From an uncultured Deferribacteres bacterium (GTDB lineage Bacteria > Zhuqueibacterota > JdFR-76 > BMS3Abin05): a stretch of 59,819 bases of DNA. This document shows, piece by piece, positions 1-8,942 of this stretch. The DNA is taken from contig CAZMRE010000002.1 in assembly GCA_964568545.1 (NCBI GenBank), positions 1 through 59,819 of the forward strand, written 5' to 3'. The stretch's first letter is position 1. Every line of letters begins with the position of its first letter. The notes under the pieces were generated by a model, which ran no database searches, had not been told where the DNA came from, and saw only the letters and a list, made by a program, of their open reading frames with translations. A program made the position numbers and the translations under genes.

Positions 1-529
1 AATTGATTGTATTAATCGTCAAATTAATAATCATCGTAACGCGCGTATCCCCGGCGGCCCTCATAATTCCCATTGCCACAAAGTTTGTCAAAATCAGGGG
101 GGAAAAGAGGGCGATAATTCGTAAATATTGAATACCCGATTGTTGTGCGATACGCTCTTTTTCCCGAATGATTGTGAATAAGGTCGTCGCTCCAAAATAC
201 CAGATAATGGCAACAAGAATAGCCATAACGATCCCGATCATCAGCGCCTGTCCAAAGATATGGTTGGCTTCCCAGTTTTCGCCTGCCCCGAGATGACGGT
301 TGATGATGATGGAACTTCCGACAATGAAAGTGAGAAAGATTGTGAAAAAAAGAATAATCACTTGAATGGCCATTCCAACACCGGCAAAAGCGGCTGCTGA
401 CAGGTGGCCAATCAAAATGGCTTCAATTGTCCACATGATCGTTTGCGATGACAGGTCAATCACAGCCGGAAGCGAGGTTTTCAGGATGTCCCTGAGCGGA
501 GAATGTCTTCTCTTTAAAATAGAGGCCAT
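1..529 (-). CDS. MATE family efflux transporter, N-terminal portion (the rest of the gene lies beyond the window start)
   Basis: Absent from the ORF track because there is no stop in the window. Reverse-strand ATG at 529 reads MASILKRRHSPLRDILKTSLPAVIDLSSQTIMWTIEAILIGHLSAAAFAGVGMAIQV... followed by further hydrophobic helices. This is the typical MATE/NorM N-terminal pattern. Confidence 0.7.
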   Translation of the reverse strand, partial: MASILKRRHSPLRDILKTSLPAVIDLSSQTIMWTIEAILIGHLSAAAFAGVGMAIQVIILFFTIFLTFIVGSSIIINRHLGAGENWEANHIFGQALMIGIVMAILVAIIWYFGATTLFTIIREKERIAQQSGIQYLRIIALFSPLILTNFVAMGIMRAAGDTRVTMIINLTINTIN

Positions 530-646
530 TTTATTTGTATCTATATTAAGCCAATCCCCCATTATGAGTGGGGGATCGGTTTAACTGATTGGTTTCAATT
601 AATAAGCCAAACAAATTATATTCTCTGAGTTTGCAGAGTGTACCAA

Positions 647-1957
647 CTAATCTTCGTAATAATCAAGACCCAGATGTGTAATTTGTTCTTCGCCCATGAG
701 ATAGCGAAGGGTGTTTTTCAATTTCATTGATTGAATAAACAAATCGTGTTCCGGATACAAACCGGGTTTGGTAATTGGGCTTTTGAAATAAAAAGACAGC
801 CATTCCTGAATGCCCTTCATCCCTGCGCGCTGGGCTAAATCCATGAAAAGAACTAGATCAAGAACGATTGGGGCAGCCAGAATGCTATCGCGGCATAGGA
901 AATCAATCTTGATTTGCATGGGATATCCCAGCCATCCGAAAATGTCAATATTATCCCAACCTTCTTTATTGTCACCACGAGGCGGGTAATAGTTGATTCG
1001 AACCTTGTGGTAATAGTTTTTGTAAAGTTCAGGATAAACGTCCGGTTGGAGAATGTAATCCAGAACCGAGAGCTTGCTTTCTTCCTTTGTTTTAAAGGAA
1101 CCGGGATCGTCCAAAACCTCACCATCGCGATTGCCAAGGATGTTTGTTGAAAACCATCCGGAAAGTCCTAACAATCTGGCTTTCAGTCCGGGAGCAATAA
1201 TGGTTTTCATGAGTGTTTGTCCGGTTTTGTAATCCTTTCCCGCAATTGGAACGTTGTTTTCGTTAGCCAGCTGCATAAGAGCTGGAATGTCTGTTGTTAG
1301 ATTGGGAGCACCATTAATAAAAGGGACGCCCATTTTGAGTGCGGCGTATGCGTAAATCATGCTGGGTGCAATGGCCACATGGTTTTCCTTTAATCCCTTC
1401 TCAAAACTATCCAAGTCTTTGTGAATTGTCTGAGGTTTAATGAAAACTTCTGTGCTTCCGCACCAATCCACGACCACGCGATCCAGATTATTTTTTTCTT
1501 TGAAATTGGAAATATCCTCCATCAGCATTTGCGCGTATTCCCATTTGGTCTCGGCTTTTTTGATGTAGGTGCCGTGCAGCCTCTTGACATATTCCTGGTC
1601 AAACACGGCCCTCATCGGCCTGATAGTTTCCAATTCCGGTTTAATCTGATCCAAAAGGCCTTTATCCAGAACTCCTGCATTAACAGCCGATTGGTAGACA
1701 TTGTCCTCAAAAATATCCCATCCGCCAAAGACTAGGTCATCCAAACCGGCGAGTGGGACAAATTCTTTGATTTTGGGAACGCGGTTATCCGTTCGTTTTC
1801 CAAGACGAATGGTGCCCATTTGCGTTAGCGATCCGAATGGCTGGCCGAATCCCTTGCGAATAGCAATCACACCTGCGATAAATGTTGTACCTACGGCACC
1901 CATTCCGGGCAATAAAACCCCTAATTTCCCCCGGGGTTCTTTAATATTTTTCTTCAA
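647..1957 (-). CDS. ino1: myo-inositol-1-phosphate synthase (inositol-3-phosphate synthase)
   Basis: Track ORF 647..2023. It has the GKLGVLLPGMGAVGTTFIAG nucleotide-binding N-terminus, plus FINGAPNLT and STNILGNRDG motifs of the bacterial/archaeal MIPS family. Start placed at TTG 1957 because AAGGAG lies 7 nt upstream and there is no overlap with panD. ATG 2011 is the alternative. Confidence 0.85.
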   Translation of the reverse strand: MKKNIKEPRGKLGVLLPGMGAVGTTFIAGVIAIRKGFGQPFGSLTQMGTIRLGKRTDNRVPKIKEFVPLAGLDDLVFGGWDIFEDNVYQSAVNAGVLDKGLLDQIKPELETIRPMRAVFDQEYVKRLHGTYIKKAETKWEYAQMLMEDISNFKEKNNLDRVVVDWCGSTEVFIKPQTIHKDLDSFEKGLKENHVAIAPSMIYAYAALKMGVPFINGAPNLTTDIPALMQLANENNVPIAGKDYKTGQTLMKTIIAPGLKARLLGLSGWFSTNILGNRDGEVLDDPGSFKTKEESKLSVLDYILQPDVYPELYKNYYHKVRINYYPPRGDNKEGWDNIDIFGWLGYPMQIKIDFLCRDSILAAPIVLDLVLFMDLAQRAGMKGIQEWLSFYFKSPITKPGLYPEHDLFIQSMKLKNTLRYLMGEEQITHLGLDYYED

Positions 1958-1973
1958 AGTATTTCTCCTTTCT

Positions 1974-2336
1974 TTAATCAGATGTCTTTGAAATAATGTG
2001 ATTTTTTTCATCAACCAGAACAACGGTTGGACGCAATGTTTTTGCTTCTTCTTCCGTCATTACAGCGTATGAGATGATAATCAGATAATCGCCCAACTGA
2101 GCCATTCGAGCGATAGCTCCATTTAGTCCGATTTTTCCGGATCCCCGTGCGCCTTCAATGACGTAAGTTTCTCCCCGTTGTCCAGTGTTAATGTTTAAAA
2201 CTTGGACTTTTTCATTGGGCAGCAAATGGGCGGCATCCATAAGATCCCGATCGATCGTAATGCTACCCTCGTAATTCAGGTCAACTTCGTTGACTACAGC
2301 TCGGTGGATTTTTGATTTGTACATATGATACAGCAT
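1974..2336 (-). CDS. panD: aspartate 1-decarboxylase
   Basis: [23 protein letters not shown] contains the Gly-Ser self-processing site of pyruvoyl PanD. ATG 2336 is preceded by AGGTGA. The track start at 2345 is a GTG. Confidence 0.9.
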   Translation of the reverse strand: MLYHMYKSKIHRAVVNEVDLNYEGSITIDRDLMDAAHLLPNEKVQVLNINTGQRGETYVIEGARGSGKIGLNGAIARMAQLGDYLIIISYAVMTEEEAKTLRPTVVLVDEKNHIISKTSD

Positions 2337-2353
2337 TTTGATCACCTACTTTT

Positions 2354-3028
2354 TTAATCAATCTGATCAAGGTTGTTAATTTTTTCGTTTTTTTTCCCAT
2401 TTTCCTGGGCCCAGATATAATAGATGCGCTGGATTGCCGTAATATTTGCAAAAATTGCGATAAAAACAATTCCTGCGATGAATACATATTCGTGAATGAG
2501 AGCCGTAATTCCAAGCGTAACAATGCGCTCGGGACGCTGCATAATACCAACTTTACAGGAGAATCCCAGGCCCTCGGCGCGAGCGCGAACGTAACTAACC
2601 ATAATAGAACCACCAAGGGCAATAAAGACTGCAATTGAAGCCAACATGTGATTGGAAACAATAAAAAAATAGGCAATGCCGAAAAATACAATCACTTCGG
2701 AATAGCGGTCGAGGGTGGAATCGTAAAGTGCACCAAATTTTGTAACCTGGCCGGTTGCTCTGGCAACACGACCGTCAAAAATGTCAAAAATTCCTGCGAA
2801 AAGTAGCAAGGCGCCCCCTGCGCGAAGTGAACCCGCCCCAAAAAAATAGGCTGCAAAAAGACTAACGATAAAGCCAATAGTTGTAAAAGTGTTCGGATTT
2901 ACTTGCGCTTTGATGAAAATGTCAATAATCGGTTGAATAATCTTTACAAAACTATCCTTAATCCAATCAGGAAGAATAACGATTCTAAGTTTTTTCTTTT
3001 CAGCATGTTCCAATAGCCTATTCCTCAT
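2354..3028 (-). CDS. CDP-alcohol phosphatidyltransferase family protein (candidate phosphatidylinositol-phosphate synthase)
   Basis: Complete D-G-x2-A-R-x8-G-x3-D-x3-D motif (DIFDGRVARATGQVTKFGALYDSTLDRYSE) in a multi-pass membrane protein. The inositol specificity is inferred only from the ino1 gene in the same operon. Confidence 0.8.
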   Translation of the reverse strand: MRNRLLEHAEKKKLRIVILPDWIKDSFVKIIQPIIDIFIKAQVNPNTFTTIGFIVSLFAAYFFGAGSLRAGGALLLFAGIFDIFDGRVARATGQVTKFGALYDSTLDRYSEVIVFFGIAYFFIVSNHMLASIAVFIALGGSIMVSYVRARAEGLGFSCKVGIMQRPERIVTLGITALIHEYVFIAGIVFIAIFANITAIQRIYYIWAQENGKKNEKINNLDQID

Positions 3029-3711
3029 TTCGTGAGATTTGAGTTTCCTTCAATCATCAAGACGATTTCGCCCTTCAGTTTTTTGTCGGCAATTCTTTCC
3101 AGTACGTCGGAAAGGCTACCGCGAATAAACTCCTCAAACTTTTTTGTTAATTCACGAGCAATCACAATGCGGCGATCTCCAAAATGATCCAAAATATCCT
3201 TCAGCGTTCGTTGAATCCGATGAGGGGATTCGTATAAAACAATGGTACGCTCTTCTTGTGCCAATTGGCTTAGCCGCGTTTTTCGCCCCTTTTTGAGAGG
3301 CAAAAATCCTTCAAAAACAAACCGGTGCGTAGAGAGCCCGGACGCAATTAATCCGGCAATAAATGCCGCTGGTCCGGGAACCGGAACAATTGTGACACCC
3401 GCCTGAATCGCGCGTATCACAAGGTAGTAAGCCGGATCGGAAATGCCCGGCGTTCCCGCATCGGTTACCAATGCAAGCGATTTCCCCTGTGACAAAAAAT
3501 CAAGGAGCTCAGGTGTTTTTTTTATCTGATTATACGAATAAAAACTTGTTGTTGGTGTAAAAATTTCATAGCGATTCAAGAGAATCTTAGTTTTGCGGGT
3601 ATCCTCAGCAGCAATAAGATCGACTTCCTTTAAAATGCGCAACGCCCTAAGCGTGATGTCCTCCAGATTGCCGATTGGCGTGCTTACCAAATAGAGAATA
3701 CCCGCACCCAT
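3025..3711 (-). CDS. rsmI: 16S rRNA (cytidine1402-2'-O)-methyltransferase
   Basis: GILYLVSTPIGNLEDITLRALRILKEVDLIAAEDTR tetrapyrrole-methylase-fold N-terminus typical of RsmI. 4-nt overlap with the downstream gene. Confidence 0.9.
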   Translation of the reverse strand: MGAGILYLVSTPIGNLEDITLRALRILKEVDLIAAEDTRKTKILLNRYEIFTPTTSFYSYNQIKKTPELLDFLSQGKSLALVTDAGTPGISDPAYYLVIRAIQAGVTIVPVPGPAAFIAGLIASGLSTHRFVFEGFLPLKKGRKTRLSQLAQEERTIVLYESPHRIQRTLKDILDHFGDRRIVIARELTKKFEEFIRGSLSDVLERIADKKLKGEIVLMIEGNSNLTK

Positions 3712-3714
3712 AAA

Positions 3715-5037
3715 TTAAAGCGATTTTATCACCGACCGAAGTATTGAAAACCCCTGGTCGATTTCATTCTTTTGAATGTTCAAAGGCGGCCTGAAACGAA
3801 TAGAATCGTGGCCGCTTTTCAGAACAATTACCTTATTTTCGTGAGCTCGTGTAAAGACCTGGTCGCGAACAGCTTCGTTCGGAAGCGTGAACGCCGCAAA
3901 AAGCCCCTTTGCCCGTACGTTGCTGATCAATTCAGGAAATTCATCTTCAAGAGCCTGAATGTGGTCGAAAAAATACGTGCCCATTTTTGCGGCATGATCT
4001 ACCAGATTTTCTTCAGCAATGATTTCGAAATATCGCTGAGAACGAACCATATCCGTCAAATTTCCACCCCAGGTGGAATTAATACGACTGGATTCGCTGA
4101 AGACGTTGTTTTCAACTTCATCGATACGATCAGTTGCCAAAATTCCGCAGACCTGCGTTTTTTTGCCAAAAGCCATAATGTCTGGATGAACACCGAAATG
4201 TTCGTGTGCCCACATTTTTCCTGTCAGGCCAACGCCGGTTTGAATTTCATCAAAAATCAGGAGGATTTCATTTTCGTCGGCAATTTTGCGCAATTGTTGA
4301 AAAAACTCAGGCCGGAAGTGGTTATCTCCACCTTCACCTTGAATCGGTTCGATAATAATGGCTGCAATGTCGTCGGGATTGTTCCGTATTGCCTCTCTAA
4401 TTTGTCGGATGCTCTCGTCCTCCGCGGCTTTCACTTGCTCCAGGCGTTCAATTGTTAAAGGGAAAGTTATTTTGGGATTCAGAACTCTAGGCCAATTAAA
4501 TTTGGTGAAGTACTGAGTCTTCCTCGGATCGGCTGTATTCGTTAGGGAAAGCGTGTACCCGCTCCTGCCGTGAAAGGCTTCCTTAAAATGGATAATCTGA
4601 TGTCCCTTTTCCTCTTTATAGCCCTTCGCAAAATTTTTCCGAACCTTCCAATCAAAAGCCGCTTTCAGGGCATTCTCCACAGCAAGCGCACCGCCATCAA
4701 TAAAAAATACGTGTTTAAAGTAATCCGGAACGGCCGTTTCAAAAAAGGTTTCCACAAATTCTGCCATTTCAACCGTGTAAAAATCAGAATTCGAGGGTTT
4801 TTGAATAGATGCCCGCACCAATTTTTGTTTGAATTCATCTGTTGTCATTTTGGGATGGTTAAATCCCAGGGGATTTGTCGCAAAGAAACTAAAAAAATCC
4901 AGATATTCCGACCCATCCCTGGCATCCACCATATAACTGCCATGACTTTTTTCCAAATCTATTACAATGTCGAAACCATCGACTAACATGTATTTACTGA
5001 GTACACTAAGTACTTCGTCTGGTTTTACGTGTATCAT
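3715..5037 (-). CDS. class-III PLP aminotransferase, L-lysine 6-transaminase-like
   Basis: N-terminus VLSKYMLVDGFDIVIDLEKSHGSYMVDARDG, DEIQTGVGLTG, and the PLP-lysine context AFGKKTQVCG resemble lysine epsilon-aminotransferases. The substrate is inferred. Confidence 0.7.
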   Translation of the reverse strand: MIHVKPDEVLSVLSKYMLVDGFDIVIDLEKSHGSYMVDARDGSEYLDFFSFFATNPLGFNHPKMTTDEFKQKLVRASIQKPSNSDFYTVEMAEFVETFFETAVPDYFKHVFFIDGGALAVENALKAAFDWKVRKNFAKGYKEEKGHQIIHFKEAFHGRSGYTLSLTNTADPRKTQYFTKFNWPRVLNPKITFPLTIERLEQVKAAEDESIRQIREAIRNNPDDIAAIIIEPIQGEGGDNHFRPEFFQQLRKIADENEILLIFDEIQTGVGLTGKMWAHEHFGVHPDIMAFGKKTQVCGILATDRIDEVENNVFSESSRINSTWGGNLTDMVRSQRYFEIIAEENLVDHAAKMGTYFFDHIQALEDEFPELISNVRAKGLFAAFTLPNEAVRDQVFTRAHENKVIVLKSGHDSIRFRPPLNIQKNEIDQGFSILRSVIKSL

Positions 5038-5105
5038 TCCAACTCCTTTCTCTCTGTGACCCTTTCCAATTTACAATGTGCGATTTTTGAAACGCATCAA
5101 GTTTT

Positions 5106-6596
5106 TTATTGACGATTGTCAATCTGAGCGCGTTGTAATTTTCCGCTAAAATCCACATAAATTGTTTTTATCTCTGAAAAGAAATCGTACACTGCCCAAC
5201 CACCTTCTCGATGGCCGTTTCCAGTTTCTTTTACGCCGCCAAATGGCATGTGACATTCGGCACCGATCGTCGGCCCATTAATGTAGGTGATACCTGCCTG
5301 AATGTCACGCATGGCCTTGTACGCCAGATTGATGTCCTGTGTATAGATTGAAGACGAAAGCCCGTACACCACGCCGTTAATGACATTGATTGCTTCATCG
5401 AAATCCTTTACCTTGATGACTGACAGGACAGGGCCAAAAATTTCTTCCTGGGCAATTCTCATTTCGGGTTTAACATCTACAAAAATGGTCGGCTTATAGA
5501 AAAACCCTTTCTTAAGATCGCCTTCCTCGGCATATTCGCCGCCTAGCAGCAGGGTTGCACCTTCTTTTTTGCCGATTTCCACGTATCCGTGAATCTTTTC
5601 CCTAGCAGCGGCGTTAATAACCGGCCCGACATCAACGGATTCATCAAGGCCATTTCCCAGTTTCAATTTGGAAGCGCTTTCAACCAGCATGTCGATAAAC
5701 TTCTCATAAACCTTTTCGTGCACAATGAGACGGCTGGTGGCAGTGCACCGCTGACCGGTTGTGCCAAATGCTCCCCATAAAACACCTTCGAGAGCGAGGT
5801 GCAAGTTGGCATCGTCCATTACGATTTGTGCGTTTTTGCCGCCCAACTCGAGGGATACGCGCTTTAAATCCTTGCCTGCCTTCTGTGAAATAATTTTGCC
5901 GACGGCGGACGAACCTGTAAATGAAATTAGGTTAATATCCGGATGTTCAACAATTGGGATACCTACCCCATTGCCGGTTCCATGAACAATATTGATGGCC
6001 TGCGGTGGAACGCCTGCATCCAGGAAAATTTCCACCAGTTTGGTTGCTGTTGCCGGGGTGTCGCTCGCAGGTTTGAAAACAACGGTATTACCCGTGAGGA
6101 GTGCCGGAAATATTTTCCAGCTTGGAATGGCCATTGGAAAATTCCAGGGTGAAATAACGCCCGCAACGCCAATTGGAATGCGCATGGTCATATTGAATTT
6201 ATTGGGCAATTCAGAAGGAACTGTGTGTCCAAAGAGTCTGCGGCCCTCGCCAAAAGCATAGTAGGCGGTATCGATGCCTTCCTGCGTGTCCCCACGTGTC
6301 TCCGCAATGACCTTTCCCATTTCGCGCGTCATCAGGCGTGAGATTTCTTCTTTTCGCTCAACCATAATGTCGCCTGCCTTTTTCATGATTTCACCCCGCA
6401 CCGGGGCGGGTACCAGGCGCCATTCGTCAAAAGCCTTTCTGGCCGCTTTTACAGCACGATCGACATCCTCTTTCGCGGATTTTGGAAAAATGCCTACAAT
6501 TTCATCCCAATTGGCGGGATTGTGATCTTCAAACGTTTCACCCGATTTAGCATCTACCCATTCACCATTGATAAAATTTTTGTAAATGTCAGCCAT
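5106..6596 (-). CDS. NAD(P)-dependent aldehyde dehydrogenase
   Basis: ELGGKNAQIVMDDA and GQRCTATSRLIV (catalytic Cys) motifs. Start moved to ATG 6596 (MADIYKNFINGEWV), which has GGAGGC just upstream. The track's 28-aa extension has no support. Confidence 0.85.
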   Translation of the reverse strand: MADIYKNFINGEWVDAKSGETFEDHNPANWDEIVGIFPKSAKEDVDRAVKAARKAFDEWRLVPAPVRGEIMKKAGDIMVERKEEISRLMTREMGKVIAETRGDTQEGIDTAYYAFGEGRRLFGHTVPSELPNKFNMTMRIPIGVAGVISPWNFPMAIPSWKIFPALLTGNTVVFKPASDTPATATKLVEIFLDAGVPPQAINIVHGTGNGVGIPIVEHPDINLISFTGSSAVGKIISQKAGKDLKRVSLELGGKNAQIVMDDANLHLALEGVLWGAFGTTGQRCTATSRLIVHEKVYEKFIDMLVESASKLKLGNGLDESVDVGPVINAAAREKIHGYVEIGKKEGATLLLGGEYAEEGDLKKGFFYKPTIFVDVKPEMRIAQEEIFGPVLSVIKVKDFDEAINVINGVVYGLSSSIYTQDINLAYKAMRDIQAGITYINGPTIGAECHMPFGGVKETGNGHREGGWAVYDFFSEIKTIYVDFSGKLQRAQIDNRQ

Positions 6597-6805
6597 TGTT
6601 GCCTCCATTAATATTAGTATATTAGAAGATTCTATGAAAAAAGTTCTCTCTCCGTAATGATCGGATTTGAGATCCCCCAATGGTGGCCCCGTCTTATGCG
6701 CTTTTTCACAGATGATGGGGAGTAAGATTCTAATTTTAAACCTATTAATGATAGCAAAAATTCTTTAAAATGTCAAGTTAATTACATCTAAGTTTGGAGT
6801 GGAAA

Positions 6806-6836
6806 ATAAAAAAGCCAACGAGGATCTCGTTGGCTT
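6806..6836 (-). terminator. rho-independent terminator after the 124-aa gene
   Basis: GCCAACGAG-GATC-CTCGTTGGC hairpin (6814-6834). On the minus strand it is followed by a T7 run (A run 6807-6813 on the plus strand). Confidence 0.6.
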
Positions 6837-6867
6837 TTCGTGGTGGGCAGGAAGCGACGCGAGGAAT

Positions 6868-7242
6868 TCAATCCCCCATATTAGCCCCTAAAAATGCTTG
6901 AATAATCTGTCTTAAATCTACAATTCCTTTTAAATAGGATTTTCTTTCTAATGGAATCGAGCCGTATCGATCAAAGAATTCCCCAAGATAAATAAATTTG
7001 CCGTTGCCGTTTTTACTGAGCAAATCAGTTGTTAATTTGATCGCTGTATTTTGCAATTCCCTTTCATTAAAATAGGTATTTTGAGATTTCTTAACTGCCT
7101 GGATTGCATTAAATTTTAATTGGGCTAAAAAGATCTTGTAAATTGTATCAATCCATAGAAGAAAATCGGGTGTCCCCAATGGGTGATCTGCGAATTGGCC
7201 GGTAACTCCCCACTTTTGGTTGAAACGATTTGTTGATAACAT
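6868..7242 (-). CDS. hypothetical protein (124 aa)
   Basis: Clean ORF with its own terminator. No motif recognised. Confidence 0.5.
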   Translation of the reverse strand: MLSTNRFNQKWGVTGQFADHPLGTPDFLLWIDTIYKIFLAQLKFNAIQAVKKSQNTYFNERELQNTAIKLTTDLLSKNGNGKFIYLGEFFDRYGSIPLERKSYLKGIVDLRQIIQAFLGANMGD

Positions 7243-7553
7243 TACAAAGCCTCGAGCATTAGTTCTTTTTATTCATTTATACTACAAGTTTTATGCCAGA
7301 AAAGGATTATTTGTGAATTGGATGAATTATAGCTAATAATATTAACAAGATAGCAGCGGTTTGAAATAGTTTTTTGTTACTTTTCGAGGAAAGAATGTGT
7401 AATCTTTTTGCAACAAAAAGCCCTTTTTTGTCAGCAAAAAAAGACAAAAATTGGGCCGCTTATTTTTTTTATCGGAGCATTTAAGGTGAAAATAGGAAAA
7501 ATTCAAGTGTTTTTGATAACTTAACGCAACTTGAAACTCTGGCCTAAGGCGGA

Positions 7554-8930
7554 TTAGGCTTTCATAAGCCCGTAAATTTGAATTTTTTTGTACAGATAGG
7601 TGCGGGCGATTTTCAGGTCCTGTGCTGATTTTGCAACATTCCAATCATTTTTTTCCAGAGTTTTGCTGATAAGATCTTTTTCGAAAGCCTCCTTTGCCTC
7701 TTTTAGCCCTTTGTTTAACTTGTGACTGGTGTGTGCCTTTTCATTTGCGTCGGGAAGCTTTGTTTTCCGTTCCCAGACAACCATAAGCTCTTCTTTTGAT
7801 ATAATTTGGGAAGAAGTCATAATGACAAGTTTTTCTATCAGATTCCTTAGCTCTCTTACATTGCCCGGCCATGAATACCGCATAAGTGAATGAATGGCAT
7901 CCGATTCAAGACTTTTCAGGGGAATTGAATATTTTCTGGAAAAAAAACGGAAGAAATGTTTGACCAAAATGGGAATATCGCTTATTCGTGATCGGAGAGG
8001 CGGAGTATGAATGGTGACAACATTGAGACGGTAGTAGAGATCTTCCCGAAAATTGCCTGCTTTCATTTCTTCGTTTAAATTTTTATTAGTTGCCGCAATA
8101 ATCCTTGTGTCCACCTGAATGGATTGAGTAGAGCCGATTTTCTGAATGACACCCTCTTCAATTGCATGAAGCACTTTTGCCTGTGCGTCGAGGCTCATAT
8201 CGCCAATTTCATCCAGGAAAATGGTGCCTCCATTTGCGCGCAAGAATTTTCCCTTGTGCTCGTTTGCAGCGCCCGTAAATGCACCCTTTACATGACCAAA
8301 TAATTCATTTTCGATGAGATTGGCAGGAATTGCCGCACAATTAACCTCGATAAAGGGTCCGCTGGCTCGGTTACTTTTTCGGTGAATGGCACGGGCCACC
8401 AGTTCCTTTCCCGTGCCATTTTCACCCAAAATCAATACGCGGCTATTGGTTTTTGCAACAAGAACAATACTCTCTTTAAGCGTTTGGATTTCCTGACTTT
8501 CTCCAACAAGGATTTCCTGAATGTCCGCCTTTTTTCGAAGCTCAATGTTTTCAACAATGAGCCGTTTTCGTTCCAAGCAGTTCTTAATGGCAAGCAGCAT
8601 TCGTTCATTTGGAAATGGACGGATAAGATAATCGTATGCCCCCAGGCGCATGGCTTGAATGATTTCTTCTGTATTGTCGCTATCGGACATCATGATTACA
8701 TCAACTGGAATGCCGTTATTTCGAATACTTCTGAGCACTGTGGTTCCATTACCGTTGCTGATTCCGGTTGAAAGCATTAGAATATCGACCGATTGCCCAT
8801 GCAAGAAGTCGATCAGGTCATGAGGGTCCGAGTAGGAAAAAATGATAAAACCCTCTGCTTCAAGGAAATTCTTTAGTTGCGCTTGATAAGCCGGGTTGTC
8901 TTCGCCAACTAATATGACTTCCCCTGCCAT
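7554..8930 (-). CDS. sigma-54-dependent transcriptional activator (NtrC/Fis family) with a degenerate receiver domain
   Basis: AAA+ core GENGTGKELVARAIH, the sigma-54 contact loop GAFTGA, and a C-terminal Fis-type HTH (NVAKSAQDLKIARTYLYKKI). The N-terminal CheY-like domain has Ser where the phospho-acceptor Asp is expected. Confidence 0.9.
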   Translation of the reverse strand: MAGEVILVGEDNPAYQAQLKNFLEAEGFIIFSYSDPHDLIDFLHGQSVDILMLSTGISNGNGTTVLRSIRNNGIPVDVIMMSDSDNTEEIIQAMRLGAYDYLIRPFPNERMLLAIKNCLERKRLIVENIELRKKADIQEILVGESQEIQTLKESIVLVAKTNSRVLILGENGTGKELVARAIHRKSNRASGPFIEVNCAAIPANLIENELFGHVKGAFTGAANEHKGKFLRANGGTIFLDEIGDMSLDAQAKVLHAIEEGVIQKIGSTQSIQVDTRIIAATNKNLNEEMKAGNFREDLYYRLNVVTIHTPPLRSRISDIPILVKHFFRFFSRKYSIPLKSLESDAIHSLMRYSWPGNVRELRNLIEKLVIMTSSQIISKEELMVVWERKTKLPDANEKAHTSHKLNKGLKEAKEAFEKDLISKTLEKNDWNVAKSAQDLKIARTYLYKKIQIYGLMKA

Positions 8931-8942
8931 TTGGGTTATCCT

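Noticed and set aside
366-584. 72-aa plus-strand ORF at the window start
   Set aside because: It lies antisense to a convincing MATE transporter reading frame (start 529, minus strand). It has no RBS and a non-protein-like sequence.
2281-2691. 136-aa minus-strand ORF overlapping panD and the CDP-alcohol transferase; also 7342-7644, which overlaps the EBP 3' end
   Set aside because: These are alternative frames of regions already explained by genes with clear family motifs.
7405-7430. GGGCTTTTTGTTGCA on the minus strand, considered as a sigma-54 promoter for the 124-aa gene next to the EBP
   Set aside because: Only the GG and TTGCA match and the -24 element is poor. The sequence is also part of simple A/T-rich hairpins in the spacer.
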